From contig NJBH01000009.1 in the NCBI GenBank assembly GCA_005223125.1, forward strand, positions 62,323 through 126,322: a stretch of DNA of 64,000 bases, given 5' to 3'. The position numbers were made by a program, and so were the translations under genes. A model generated the notes under the pieces. The model saw only the letters and a program-made list of their open reading frames with translations, searched no databases and had not been told where the DNA came from. Of this stretch, positions 39,975-50,728 are shown one piece after another; position 1 is the first letter of the stretch; every line of letters starts with the position of its first letter. The stretch is from Promethearchaeota archaeon Loki_b32. Its GTDB lineage: Archaea; Asgardarchaeota; Lokiarchaeia; Sigyniarchaeales; SOKP01.

Positions 39975-40367
39975 ATGCATAAAGAAGAAATAGAGCTTTT
40001 TCTAAAACGAGCAAGAAATTTTTTGGATGGAGCTAAAGAGAGATTTCAGAAAGATGATTGGGATTTAACTTGTTTTATGGCAGAACAATTTGTTCAACTT
40101 TTATTAAAAGCCACAATTTTAGAAAAGGGTGGTGAAATTCCCAAAACTCATTCAATCAGGAAATTATTTGGAATATTATATCAATTAACTAACGATGAAG
40201 TATTTAAATATGATAGAAAAGCCCTTATATTTCTCGAAAGTGCTTATTTAAATTCTCGAAATTTTAGCTTTGTTTATGAGAAAGAAGACGCTAAAGAAGC
40301 TTTAAAAATTGCAGAAGAGGTAAAAAGAATTGTCGAAAATGTTAGAGATGATGATAAGAACGAATAA
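39975..40367 (+). CDS. HEPN domain protein
   Basis: CFMAEQFVQLLLKA, PKTHSIRKL, LESAYLNSR. Confidence 0.85.
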   Translation: MHKEEIELFLKRARNFLDGAKERFQKDDWDLTCFMAEQFVQLLLKATILEKGGEIPKTHSIRKLFGILYQLTNDEVFKYDRKALIFLESAYLNSRNFSFVYEKEDAKEALKIAEEVKRIVENVRDDDKNE

Positions 40368-40689
40368 TATGATCAAAAATCACAAAAAATATTTAAAAAA
40401 GATTGAAAGCAGCATAAAAACGATTTTAAAGGATCCTCAAATTTTTTTGTTTGGGAGCATAATTGATGGAAATTTAGTTGCAGGGAGCGATATAGATATT
40501 CTAATAATTGCAAATATCCCTAAAAAGCACTTAAAAAGAGCAGAATTAATCGCAAAAATTGAAGAAAATGCTGGATTACCTCTTAGCCATCCGTTTGAAT
40601 TTCATTTATTAACACAAGAAGAATTAAATACTTGGATTAAAATTTGTAAGTTAAGGTTTGAAGATATTTCGGCTTATCTAGAGAGCTAG
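40330..40689 (+). CDS. Minimal nucleotidyltransferase (MNT), HEPN partner
   Basis: FLFGSIIDGNLVAGSDIDILI, PFEFHL. Confidence 0.85.
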   Translation: MSKMLEMMIRTNNMIKNHKKYLKKIESSIKTILKDPQIFLFGSIIDGNLVAGSDIDILIIANIPKKHLKRAELIAKIEENAGLPLSHPFEFHLLTQEELNTWIKICKLRFEDISAYLES

Positions 40690-40691
40690 AA

Positions 40692-40862
40692 TCTTCCTTG
40701 ACTTTTTCAATATAATTTTTATCAAACAATCTTAAATCACTCTAATTAGCTAATTTTCTTTATGTAATTTAATAGAATATAGTTATATTTATTTTTTGAT
40801 AATTTAGTGTAGAAGTTTTTTAAAGGTTAGTAACAAAATAGTTGACATGAATTTCACTGATA
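40692..40862. repeat. Diverged duplicate of the mutase 5' end + divergent promoter + CPBP start (cf. ~38858-39028)
   Basis: Minus strand TTG at 40729 gives MFDKNYIEKVKED versus mutase MFDKNYLEKVREE; shared atttttatcaaacaatcttaaatcac and ttatatttattttttgataattt; atgaatttcactgat versus atgagttttacagat. Confidence 0.8.
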
Positions 40863-40947
40863 TTTTACTATCTCTATTGACAAAAGTCAGCTAACAGAAA
40901 TCAATAAAACAAAAAAAGAAAGGTTTAAAATTTACAGAACTCAAATA

Positions 40948-41778
40948 TTGAGTATGAATATCTCAGCAATTACTAAAAAACACTCACTTGCTTTCTTTTT
41001 TATATTAAGTTATCTAATAATGATTATTTCTGTGATAATCAGAATTTTAATACCTATTGCCATGCCGACGGCACTTTTCTGGATTCTCACGATTTTTAGT
41101 CCAACAATTTCTGCTATTTTTGTATCAGGAGTAATTGGAGGGTGGACAGAGATCAAGAAATTATTATGTGGTTTCTTAAGATGGAAAGTAGGTATTAAAT
41201 GGTATTTAGCGGGGTTTTTATTAATGCTTGGTCCGCTTATTTTTGCAGGATTCTATGTTCTATTTGGAGGATATTATCCCGGACCAGCAATAGGTTTAAC
41301 TACACCAATATTACTTAGCAATTTGATTTTTACACTGCTTTCTGGTCCGATAAGTGAAGAAGCAGGTTGACGTGGCTTTGCATTACCGAGACTCCAGTCA
41401 AAATATAATGCTGTTACTTCAAGTTTAATTTTGGGAGTCATCTGGGCATGTTGGCATATTCCATTATATTTTGTTGAAACACGGATTCCTTTCTACATAT
41501 TTATTTTCCTTGTTATAGTCATTTCGGTTTTAATGACTTGGGGATATAACAATACGAAAGGAAGTCTGATAATCACAATTATTTTCCACTTTAGTTTTAA
41601 TTTTAATGGCGCATTTACCACAGGGATTTTAGGATTACTACCTGTCATGTATTTCTATATCGCTGGGGGAGCTATGATCGGAATATACCTAATAGCTGTC
41701 ATTTATTACGCAGGTCCTAAAAAGCTCTCTCGAAAACCAGATTCAGAAATGCCATTTATTAAATCAAAAGAGGAATGA
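40948..41778 (+). pseudogene. CPBP/Abi protease paralog split by an in-frame TGA (41368-41370)
   Basis: SEEAG*RGFALP where the paralog has SEEGGWRG; both ORF halves are in the same frame. Confidence 0.85.
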
Positions 41779-41972
41779 GATATATAACAATTAATTAATA
41801 ATTTCGGTTTTTTTAGTTTTCTTATTTATATTGAATTAAATTATAGGATTTGAAAAATAAAAAGTACTTCCTTAATTATTTCTTTCTGATTATACCCCTA
41901 TTTTTCAATGGTCCTATAGATTTAAATTTCAATTTTCATCGTATTCGATGTAAATTGCTTTGCCTTCAACGC

Positions 41973-42177
41973 ATTTCAACCAGATGTAATATTTCAACTA
42001 GATGTAATTCAATTTGCTGATGCGTTGCCAAAAACGAGAAGTGGAAAGATAAAAAGAAGGATTCTAAAAGCAATTGCCACTATGTCAGACGCGGGGAATG
42101 TTCCCACTCTAGCAGATCCAGAAGTTGTAGATACTCTACTTGGAGAACGGAAAAAAATGGATATTGAAATTGGCTAA
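41973..42177 (+). pseudogene. C-terminal fragment of acetyl-CoA synthetase (AMP-forming)
   Basis: [26 protein letters not shown]...TLADPEVV; preceded by an 18-bp tandem duplication atttcaac(c/t)agatgtaat. Confidence 0.8.
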
Positions 42178-43797
42178 TTTCTCTTAAACTAATTTTTTAT
42201 TTATTTTTATAAAGTTACCCAATAATCAATATTTTAAGATTAAACAACTATAAATCTTACCTTAAATACATAATCATAATTAAATCATATTTATATGGAA
42301 AAGGTTAATGGTGAAAGAATTCAAATTTCCAGACGGATTTTTATGGGGTGCTGCTACATCTAGTTATCAAATAGAAGGCGCTTGGAATGAAGACGGAAAA
42401 GGAGAAAACGTTTGGGATCAAATTTGTCATAATACAAAAAAAGTTCAAAATAGCGATACAGGAGATACTGCCTGTGATCATTATCATCGCTATAAAGAAG
42501 ATATCCAATTAATGAGCGAATTGGGTCATAAGGCTTATCGCTTTTCAGTATCTTGGCCTCGTATTTTTCCTTCAGGGAAAGGTACAGCTAATAATAAAGG
42601 AATAAATTTTTATGATAATCTAATTAATGAATTATTGGCAAATGGAATTGAACCAGTGTTAACTCTGTACCACTGGGACTTGCCAGTATCCTTACAGAAA
42701 ATTGGTGGATGGGAAAGTAGGGAGGTTGTTGAGGCTTATGTTAATTATGCATCATTTATGTTTGATCATTATGGTGATCGTGTTAAAAAGTGGATTACTT
42801 TCAACGAGCCTTTAGTTTTTACAATTTGGTTTTATTCTCGTGGGCTATATAATAAGCGAGATGTTAGAGGAGGGTTAATTTCCTCAATTAATGTGAATGC
42901 AGCGCATGCTAAAGCAGTAGAAATATATCACCAATCTAAAAATCCAGATGGACTAATAGGGATATCTCTCAACTTATCCCACGTATATCCTGAAAGTGAC
43001 TCTGAATTAGATAAGAAAGCAGTTATTTACACGGATGGAATATATAATAGATGGTTTTTAGATCCTGTTTTAAAAGCATCATATCCAAATGATATATTAG
43101 AATTAATAGAGAAACCATATAATATTCCTAAAATTCCTAAGAATGACATAGAATTATTAGAGAACAATCCCATTGATTTTTTAGGTATAAACAATTATTC
43201 TTGCACTCGGGTTAGTGCAAAAAAGGAAAAAGATTTAACTCTTCTTGGAAATTTTAGCAAGACAAATAAAGTCAAAGGACGTGAATATTCTGAGATGGGT
43301 TGGGAAGTTTGTCCTAAAGGATTTTATGATCTTTTAATGAGAATCGATGAAGATTATGATCATCCTATGATATATATTACTGAAAATGGAGTCGCATATA
43401 AAGATGACAAGATAATTAATGGAATAATACAAGACGATGATAGAATATATTATATTAAACGGTATCTTGAAGCTGCGTATCAAGCTATTAAAAAAGGGGT
43501 TAATTTAAAAGGTTATTTTGTCTGGTCATTAATGGATAATTTTGAATGGATTTATGGTTATTCTAAAAAATTCGGATTAATCCACATCAATTTTGAATCT
43601 CAAAAGAGGACGTGGAAAAAAAGCGCTTATTGGTATCGTGATGTGATTAAAGCAAATAGTTTTAATATATGAAAATAAGCCCAGTTTCTCTAATGAAAAT
43701 CTATTGGAAAATGATTATTTTTTAAAAAAAAATTTTTAACTAATCCCACTACATTATTCTTATTTATAATTAATATACAATTTGGCATTAAGCTAAA
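42175..43797 (+). repeat. ~1.6-kb direct repeat, copy 1 (copy 2 at 47016-48637)
   Basis: Same upstream region, CDS and downstream region at an offset of ~4840. Confidence 0.9.
42308..43672 (+). CDS. GH1 beta-glucosidase, copy 1
   Basis: FLWGAATSSYQIEG, DHYHRY, TFNEP (acid/base), ITENG (nucleophile), WSLMDNFEW. Confidence 0.95.
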   Translation: MVKEFKFPDGFLWGAATSSYQIEGAWNEDGKGENVWDQICHNTKKVQNSDTGDTACDHYHRYKEDIQLMSELGHKAYRFSVSWPRIFPSGKGTANNKGINFYDNLINELLANGIEPVLTLYHWDLPVSLQKIGGWESREVVEAYVNYASFMFDHYGDRVKKWITFNEPLVFTIWFYSRGLYNKRDVRGGLISSINVNAAHAKAVEIYHQSKNPDGLIGISLNLSHVYPESDSELDKKAVIYTDGIYNRWFLDPVLKASYPNDILELIEKPYNIPKIPKNDIELLENNPIDFLGINNYSCTRVSAKKEKDLTLLGNFSKTNKVKGREYSEMGWEVCPKGFYDLLMRIDEDYDHPMIYITENGVAYKDDKIINGIIQDDDRIYYIKRYLEAAYQAIKKGVNLKGYFVWSLMDNFEWIYGYSKKFGLIHINFESQKRTWKKSAYWYRDVIKANSFNI

Positions 43798-44052
43798 TAT
43801 AGGTTTAATCATGGTATTTTAAATAACAGTTTAGCCTTATAATATTGTTAAATATTTTCTAAATCCAGCTAGGGGTGATAGGATAAGTCAGGAACTATGT
43901 CGGTCTTTCGACCACAACAAATAAATGAAACCAAAATAAATACTTAGATACTGCTATAAAATTTTTTCCTTAAATATTATAAATTCCCCTTTCCTCCCAA
44001 AGGGATTACTAAACTATAAAAAAAATTATCCAAAAAAAAAGAATATAAAATT

Positions 44053-46593
44053 ATGAATATCAAGTTATCATTAGATAAAGAATGGCAAATGCAATCTTCT
44101 GAAAAGATATCCAAACATGGTGAAACGATTTCAACAATTGATTTCGACCCAGAAGATTGGTATAAAGTTGAAATTCCAACAACAGTAATAAACGGTCTTC
44201 TGCAGAATAAAAAAATCGAGGACCCTTATCATGGACTTAATCTTAAATCATTAGCAGGATACAAAAAAGAAGTAACAACTCAGAACTTCGAAAGTCATTA
44301 TAAACCGGATGATAGTCCTTATAGAAGCTCTTGGTGGTTTAGAAAAGAATTCAAATTAGATAATTCTATTGATATTAATAATAAGCAATTTTGGCTACTT
44401 TTCAAGGGTATAAATTATTCTGCAAATATTTGGCTAAACGGGCAACGATTTGCAGGTACTGATTATGTTATTGGGGCATATAGACAATATGATTTTAATA
44501 TAACCCATTTAATAAAGCAAGAATCAACAAATGTACTCGCTTTAGAAATTTTTTCTCCAAATCCAGACGATCTGAATATAAGTTTCGTTGATTGGTGTCC
44601 TCTGCCACCTGATGACGATATGGGTATTTGGCAACCTGTAACTCTTTATTCTACTGGACCCGTCGCTATGAAATATCCTTTTGTGAGAAGTAAACTAAAT
44701 ATCGAAACATTAGCAGAAGCAGAACTAATAATAAGTACAAAATTACAGAATAATCAGAAAGAAGAAATTAAAGCAATACTCGAAGGAAAAGTAGAAGAAA
44801 TTAATTTTAGGAAAGAAATTATTTTGAAACCGAATGAAATGAGAAAAGTTGAGTTCCCTTATATAAGAATAAATAACCTTCGTGTATGGTGGCCTTATCA
44901 GCTAGGTTTACCTGAGTTATATAAGCTGGATCTTCAAGTTAAAGTTAACGATGTGGTTTCTGATTCTACAGAAATCATCTTTGGAATAAGAGACATAAAA
45001 TCTTCGATAAATGAGCACGGATCACGTATATTTACAATAAATGGGCATGATATTCTTATATATGGTGCTGCTTGGACTCCAGATATGATGTTACGTCAAT
45101 CTAAAGAAAAAGATGCCATTGATGTGGCTTTTGTTAAAAATCTCAATTTGAATTCTATTAGATTTGAGGGTAAACTCGCGACAGATCATTTCTGGAATTT
45201 ATGTGATAAAGAAGGAATTCTTGTTCTTGCTGGTTGGTGCTGCTGTTCATTTTGGGAGAAATGGAAAAATTGGAAAAAAGGTGATATTAGAATTGCAGAA
45301 GAATCATTAAAGTCTCAGATTCTTCGATTACGAAACCATCCGAGTTTTATTGCGTGGTTTTATGGAAGTGATTTTCCACCACCAGGATCAGTTGAGAAAG
45401 TTTATCTCAAAGTATTAGAAGAAACATACATTGGTCTTCCTGCAATATCAAACGCGTCTAGTCGTCCTTCTGACTTAATGGGTGAAACTGGAGTAAAAAT
45501 GACTGGTCCATATACATATGTTCCCCCAATCTATTGGTACTCACAAGAAAGAAGAGGTGCTGCCGATGGTTTCAATACAGAAACGGGACCTGATGTATGT
45601 ATCCCCCCTTTTGAGAGTTTACAGCTGATGTTACCTGAAGGTTATAAGCATGTTGGAAGTGATGTTTGGAATTACCATACAGGGCTTGGTGCGTTTAACA
45701 ATACGCTAATAATTGAAGAAGCAATCGAAAAACGATATGGTAAACCAAAGGATCTAGAAGATTTTGCAAATACAGCCCAAGTACTAGCTTATGAATGCTG
45801 GAGAGCAATGTATGAAGCTCATGCAAATAATTTTCCTAAAGCAACTGGAGTTATTGGTTGGATGATGTGCAGTCCTTGGCCAAGCCTTATTTGGCAATTG
45901 TACGATTATTATCTTAATCCTAATGGGGCTTTCTTTGGCTCTAAGAAAGCTTGTGAACCAATTCATATTCAATACTCATACGATGACGCCTCGGTCATTC
46001 TCATCAACAAAACTCTTCAGAAAAGGCAAAATCTTACATCCAAAATTAAGATTCTCAATATGGATCTTAAGGAGAAATTTTGTCAATCAATAAACAATAT
46101 AATAATTGATAGATACTCTAAAAAGGAACTTTTTTCAATCCCCAAGATCAATGGACTTTCTAAAGTTTATTTTCTAATCCTTACACTTGAAGAGGATTCA
46201 ACTATTATTAGTCGGAACTTTTACTGGCTTTCATTAAGAAATGATATTTTCGAAGAAAAGGATAAATGGTTTTACACACCATTAAAAGAGCATGCTGATA
46301 TGAGGGCCTTACGAAATCTTCCAAAAGTTGAAATAAAAAAATCTATTAATATAGAAGAAAGTGAGAAGCTATATGAGATCTCTATAGATCTCGAAAATAC
46401 TTCTGATGCGATTGCTTTTTTTCTCAGAGTTTTTCTAATCGGTGAAAAAACTGAAAAAATTATTACTCCTGTCTACTTGAATGATAATTGCATAAGTCTT
46501 TTACCATCAGAGAGAAGGAAAATTGATGGTTTTATACCTAAGAAAAGTGTAACTGAAAATGTCTTAGTCAAAGTTCAAGGGTGGAATTGTTAA
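44053..46593 (+). CDS. GH2 exo-beta-D-glucosaminidase / beta-mannosidase-like
   Basis: GINYSANIWLNG, FVDWCPLPPD, RLRNHPS, GSD, KMTGPYTYVPPIYWY, FNTETGP, WQLYDYY. Confidence 0.85.
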   Translation: MNIKLSLDKEWQMQSSEKISKHGETISTIDFDPEDWYKVEIPTTVINGLLQNKKIEDPYHGLNLKSLAGYKKEVTTQNFESHYKPDDSPYRSSWWFRKEFKLDNSIDINNKQFWLLFKGINYSANIWLNGQRFAGTDYVIGAYRQYDFNITHLIKQESTNVLALEIFSPNPDDLNISFVDWCPLPPDDDMGIWQPVTLYSTGPVAMKYPFVRSKLNIETLAEAELIISTKLQNNQKEEIKAILEGKVEEINFRKEIILKPNEMRKVEFPYIRINNLRVWWPYQLGLPELYKLDLQVKVNDVVSDSTEIIFGIRDIKSSINEHGSRIFTINGHDILIYGAAWTPDMMLRQSKEKDAIDVAFVKNLNLNSIRFEGKLATDHFWNLCDKEGILVLAGWCCCSFWEKWKNWKKGDIRIAEESLKSQILRLRNHPSFIAWFYGSDFPPPGSVEKVYLKVLEETYIGLPAISNASSRPSDLMGETGVKMTGPYTYVPPIYWYSQERRGAADGFNTETGPDVCIPPFESLQLMLPEGYKHVGSDVWNYHTGLGAFNNTLIIEEAIEKRYGKPKDLEDFANTAQVLAYECWRAMYEAHANNFPKATGVIGWMMCSPWPSLIWQLYDYYLNPNGAFFGSKKACEPIHIQYSYDDASVILINKTLQKRQNLTSKIKILNMDLKEKFCQSINNIIIDRYSKKELFSIPKINGLSKVYFLILTLEEDSTIISRNFYWLSLRNDIFEEKDKWFYTPLKEHADMRALRNLPKVEIKKSINIEESEKLYEISIDLENTSDAIAFFLRVFLIGEKTEKIITPVYLNDNCISLLPSERRKIDGFIPKKSVTENVLVKVQGWNC

Positions 46594-47015
46594 GAGTAGT
46601 ACAATATCAGAAAAAACAATATTTCTTTAATGATTTAGAAGTTTTTTCAGTCCTATGGGAATTAATAACATTATAATTGTCCTAGATTTAAATGAAACTT
46701 TAATTAAAACAGGTGAAAGACTAGATAAAGAAAAAATAAACCTATTAAAGGTTTAATTAGATCACGTTTTTTAAATTCTGCCTATAAGATCAAGATTGTT
46801 GGTAATACCAAAATTCTAAATAAATATTGTAAAATAGGATTGATTTCAAAGATTTATATATTTCGTGTTATTTATTTTTAAAATTTAAATATATTTGAAA
46901 ATAAAATTTATAATAATAACATGAAAAAAATTGACAGAAATATATAAATAAATGAATCTTAGAATTATGTAGTAGATAATCTAATGAAAAAATTAAAAAT
47001 TAGATTTCTATGTTA

Positions 47016-48637
47016 TAATTTCTCTTAAACTAATTTTTTATTTATTTTTTTAGGTCACCCAATAATCAATATTTTAAGTTGAAACAAATTTAAATCTTAC
47101 CTAAAATACATAATCCTAATTAAATCATATTTATATGGAAAAGGTTAATGGTGAAAGAATTCAAATTTCCAGACGGATTTTTATGGGGTGCTGCTACATC
47201 TAGTTATCAAATAGAAGGCGCTTGGAATGAAGACGGAAAAGGAGAAAACGTTTGGGATCAAATTTGTCATAATACAAAAAAAGTTCAAAATAGCGATACA
47301 GGAGATACTGCCTGTGATCATTATCATCGCTATAAAGAAGATATCCAATTAATGAGCGAATTGGGTCATAAGGCTTATCGCTTTTCAGTATCTTGGCCTC
47401 GTATTTTTCCTTCAGGGAAAGGTACAGCTAATAATAAAGGAATAAATTTTTATGATAATCTAATTAATGAATTATTGGCAAATGGAATTGAACCAGTGTT
47501 AACTCTGTACCACTGGGACTTGCCAGTATCCTTACAGAAAATTGGTGGATGGGAAAGTAGGGAGGTTGTTGAGGCTTATGTTAATTATGCATCATTTATG
47601 TTTGATCATTATGGTGATCGTGTTAAAAAGTGGATTACTTTCAACGAGCCTTTAGTTTTTACAATTTGGTTTTATTCTCGTGGGCTATATAATAAGCGAG
47701 ATGTTAGAGGAGGGTTAATTTCCTCAATTAATGTGAATGCAGCGCATGCTAAAGCAGTAGAAATATATCACCAATCTAAAAATCCAGATGGACTAATAGG
47801 GATATCTCTCAACTTATCCCACGTATATCCTGAAAGTGACTCTGAATTAGATAAGAAAGCAGTTATTTACACGGATGGAATATATAATAGATGGTTTTTA
47901 GATCCTGTTTTAAAAGCATCATATCCAAATGATATATTAGAATTAATAGAGAAACCATATAATATTCCTAAAATTCCTAAGAATGACATAGAATTATTAG
48001 AGAACAATCCCATTGATTTTTTAGGTATAAACAATTATTCTTGCACTCGGGTTAGTGCAAAAAAGGAAAAAGATTTAACTCTTCTTGGAAATTTTAGCAA
48101 GACAAATAAAGTCAAAGGACGTGAATATTCTGAGATGGGTTGGGAAGTTTGTCCTAAAGGATTTTATGATCTTTTAATGAGAATCGATGAAGATTATGAT
48201 CATCCTATGATATATATTACTGAAAATGGAGTCGCATATAAAGATGACAAGATAATTAATGGAATAATACAAGACGATGATAGAATATATTATATTAAAC
48301 GGTATCTTGAAGCTGCGTATCAAGCTATTAAAAAAGGGGTTAATTTAAAAGGTTATTTTGTCTGGTCATTAATGGATAATTTTGAATGGATTTATGGTTA
48401 TTCAAAAAAATTCGGATTAATCCACATCAATTTTGAATCTCAAAAGAGGACGTGGAAAAAAAGCGCTTATTGGTATCGTGATGTGATTAAAGCAAATAGT
48501 TTTAATATATGAATCTAAGCCTAGTTTCTCTAATGAAAATCTATTGAAAAATGATTATTTTTTAAAGAAAATTTTTTAACTAATCCCACTACATTGTTCT
48601 TATTTATAATAAATAGACAATTTGGCATTAAGCTAAA
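47016..48637 (+). repeat. ~1.6-kb direct repeat, copy 2
   Basis: See 42175-43797. Confidence 0.9.
47148..48512 (+). CDS. GH1 beta-glucosidase, copy 2 (identical protein)
   Basis: Translation identical to 42308-43672. Confidence 0.95.
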   Translation: MVKEFKFPDGFLWGAATSSYQIEGAWNEDGKGENVWDQICHNTKKVQNSDTGDTACDHYHRYKEDIQLMSELGHKAYRFSVSWPRIFPSGKGTANNKGINFYDNLINELLANGIEPVLTLYHWDLPVSLQKIGGWESREVVEAYVNYASFMFDHYGDRVKKWITFNEPLVFTIWFYSRGLYNKRDVRGGLISSINVNAAHAKAVEIYHQSKNPDGLIGISLNLSHVYPESDSELDKKAVIYTDGIYNRWFLDPVLKASYPNDILELIEKPYNIPKIPKNDIELLENNPIDFLGINNYSCTRVSAKKEKDLTLLGNFSKTNKVKGREYSEMGWEVCPKGFYDLLMRIDEDYDHPMIYITENGVAYKDDKIINGIIQDDDRIYYIKRYLEAAYQAIKKGVNLKGYFVWSLMDNFEWIYGYSKKFGLIHINFESQKRTWKKSAYWYRDVIKANSFNI

Positions 48638-48993
48638 AAAGGGGTTAATACCTGCTATTTTTTTAATCGTTGCTATACTAAGTGTCTGGTCTTGTTATTA
48701 CATACTCCTTGTTCTCATCATCAAAATATCCATATAGCAACTTAATCAATTTAGTTATATTAATTTAAAACAATATAGTCTAAAATTATTAATATAATTA
48801 TTGTTGTAAGTTCTCAATTATCATTATTCCATTGAGTCTTATTCTTGAGAAATCCAAAATGATTGTAAAAACCTTGATTTTCTATAGAAAACGTAAGAAG
48901 ATAACCAAAAAGTAATTCTGCTATTAAACAAAATAGATGAGGACAAAAAATAATAATTGGGGCTAAAGATAAATATAAATTAAAGTTATCAAT

Positions 48994-50097
48994 TTGCATA
49001 AATTGGAAAGAACAATAAAATTAAATTATAAAGTCGTTATGAACTCGAAAATTAAAGTTAATGATTATATTACAATTTCTTCAGAAAGTAATAAAATATT
49101 AATTTACATTCAAGGAGAAAAATTTCAAGAACTTGATTATTCTTCCATAAATAAAATATTAAAAACAAGCAAAAATCAATTAGAGGAAACAAACACTCAA
49201 GGTAAATATGCTAAAAATAAATATAAAAAAGATTCAAAGAATACTTATTTCAACAATTTTGTTAATATTTTGAAATTCTGGATTCGCAATAATTATGATA
49301 CAGATATCCTACTATATGATTTATCATTTCCTCTACTGAGAAAATTAGTTGAAGTTGGAGATTCCCACGCAAAGAAGGTATTTATTTATGAAATTTTAAA
49401 AAATCTGTGGAGTGGTAATCCATTAGTTATAAAATATCTTGTTAACAAAGGGTATGATGAGTATGTAGCTCTGTATAACTACAGAAGACAAATTCATACG
49501 CCAAAAATAAAAGAAATAAAACTCACTATTTTTATTTGTTTTATAAATATTTTAATTTATATTCTTTTCATGGAGATATATCATATAGGAGATTTTTTTT
49601 TTGTTGATATACAGAAAATTTTAAATAAATTTGAAGTATGGAGAATATTTACTGGAATCTTTATGCATCCAGGAAGATTTTCTTTATTGATTAACACCTT
49701 TTTTTTATATTGTGTAGGTTCCTGTTTTGAGGTTAATAATGTTCTTTCTAAACCTATATACTTTATAGTATATATTATTTCTGGTGTGATGGGTAATATA
49801 ATATATATATTGATATCTTCTCAATTTCCTGATTATGCAGTATCAGCTGGTGCCTCAGGAGCAATATTTGGACTAACTGGAGCATTTACTATTATTTTAC
49901 TAATAAAGAGAAAATATAATTGGTTAATAATATACATTGCTATTTTCACATTTTTATATGTCTATACCATCGACCCCAGAATTAATTATATATCTCATCT
50001 ATATGGATTTATTACTGGAATGATAAGTTATTTATTTTGCGTATTCGTTTATCAACGTATAATCGCTTCTGACAGAAATAATATGTCTTATTTTTAG
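48994..50097 (+). CDS. Rhomboid intramembrane serine protease with a soluble N-terminal domain (probable start 49039)
   Basis: WRIFTGIFMH, AGASGAIFG (catalytic Ser), SHLYG (catalytic His); N-terminal KVNDYITI...NYDTDILLYDLSFPLLRKLVEVGD. Confidence 0.88.
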   Translation: MHKLERTIKLNYKVVMNSKIKVNDYITISSESNKILIYIQGEKFQELDYSSINKILKTSKNQLEETNTQGKYAKNKYKKDSKNTYFNNFVNILKFWIRNNYDTDILLYDLSFPLLRKLVEVGDSHAKKVFIYEILKNLWSGNPLVIKYLVNKGYDEYVALYNYRRQIHTPKIKEIKLTIFICFINILIYILFMEIYHIGDFFFVDIQKILNKFEVWRIFTGIFMHPGRFSLLINTFFLYCVGSCFEVNNVLSKPIYFIVYIISGVMGNIIYILISSQFPDYAVSAGASGAIFGLTGAFTIILLIKRKYNWLIIYIAIFTFLYVYTIDPRINYISHLYGFITGMISYLFCVFVYQRIIASDRNNMSYF

Positions 50098-50410
50098 TAT
50101 AAACACGAATATAATATAAGAAAAGAAAGATAGCAATATTTTGACAGAAAACATCTATTATAGGCCGATAATCTCCTTTTCCTTTTTTTTTCATATATAG
50201 AATGCGTCGTATTTTTATTAAATTATATAAGTTTATTCACTAAATTAATAATAAAGTTCCAAGAAAGTAAAAGAGTAGAGTATTTACATGAAGGATATAT
50301 TATGTGAAAATTAATCTAATCAATTACTTTTGAACAAATTAAATAAGGGAAATGCCAAGCTGAAGGGATTAAATCGAGAGTTTTTTGAATTATTTCATTC
50401 ATAGATTTAA

Positions 50411-50712
50411 ATGGAATATTCGACATTCCTTGGAGGTTCGAGTTTGGAAGTTGCATCTGGAATTGTTATTGACGGATTCGGGACATGTCTATATCACAGG
50501 TGGTACATGATGTTCAAATTTTCCGACAACTGCTGGAACTTATAATGAAATCTTTAATGCGAATATTGATGTATTTGTCTGTAAACTTTCAATGTTACCT
50601 AAATCTCACTAAGCACTCATAATTGGTCTTTCAATATTTGGAATTTCGGCTGGAATAGGTTTAATTATATATTTAAAGAAAAAAGTTCGGTTAGTTAAAA
50701 AATTCAGTGATG
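50411..50712 (+). pseudogene. Remnant of an SBBP beta-propeller surface protein with C-terminal TM
   Basis: MEYSTFLGGSSLEVASGIVID/(frameshift)GHVYITGGT*CSNFPTTAGTY...DVFVCKL...*ALIIGLSIFGISAGIGLIIYLKKK. Confidence 0.7.
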
Positions 50713-50728
50713 GCAAGATAATTGGATC

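Noticed and set aside
41368-41370. In-frame TGA as selenocysteine or recoding
   Set aside because: It falls on a conserved Trp (TGG>TGA) of the EExGWRG motif, and the other broken genes use TAA or TAG, so nonsense mutation is simpler.
15575-41778. Eukaryote-like CaaX processing pathway (Rce1-like CPBP + ICMT)
   Set aside because: Both families are widespread in prokaryotes, the genes are unlinked, and no prenyltransferase or CaaX-ending substrate is seen.
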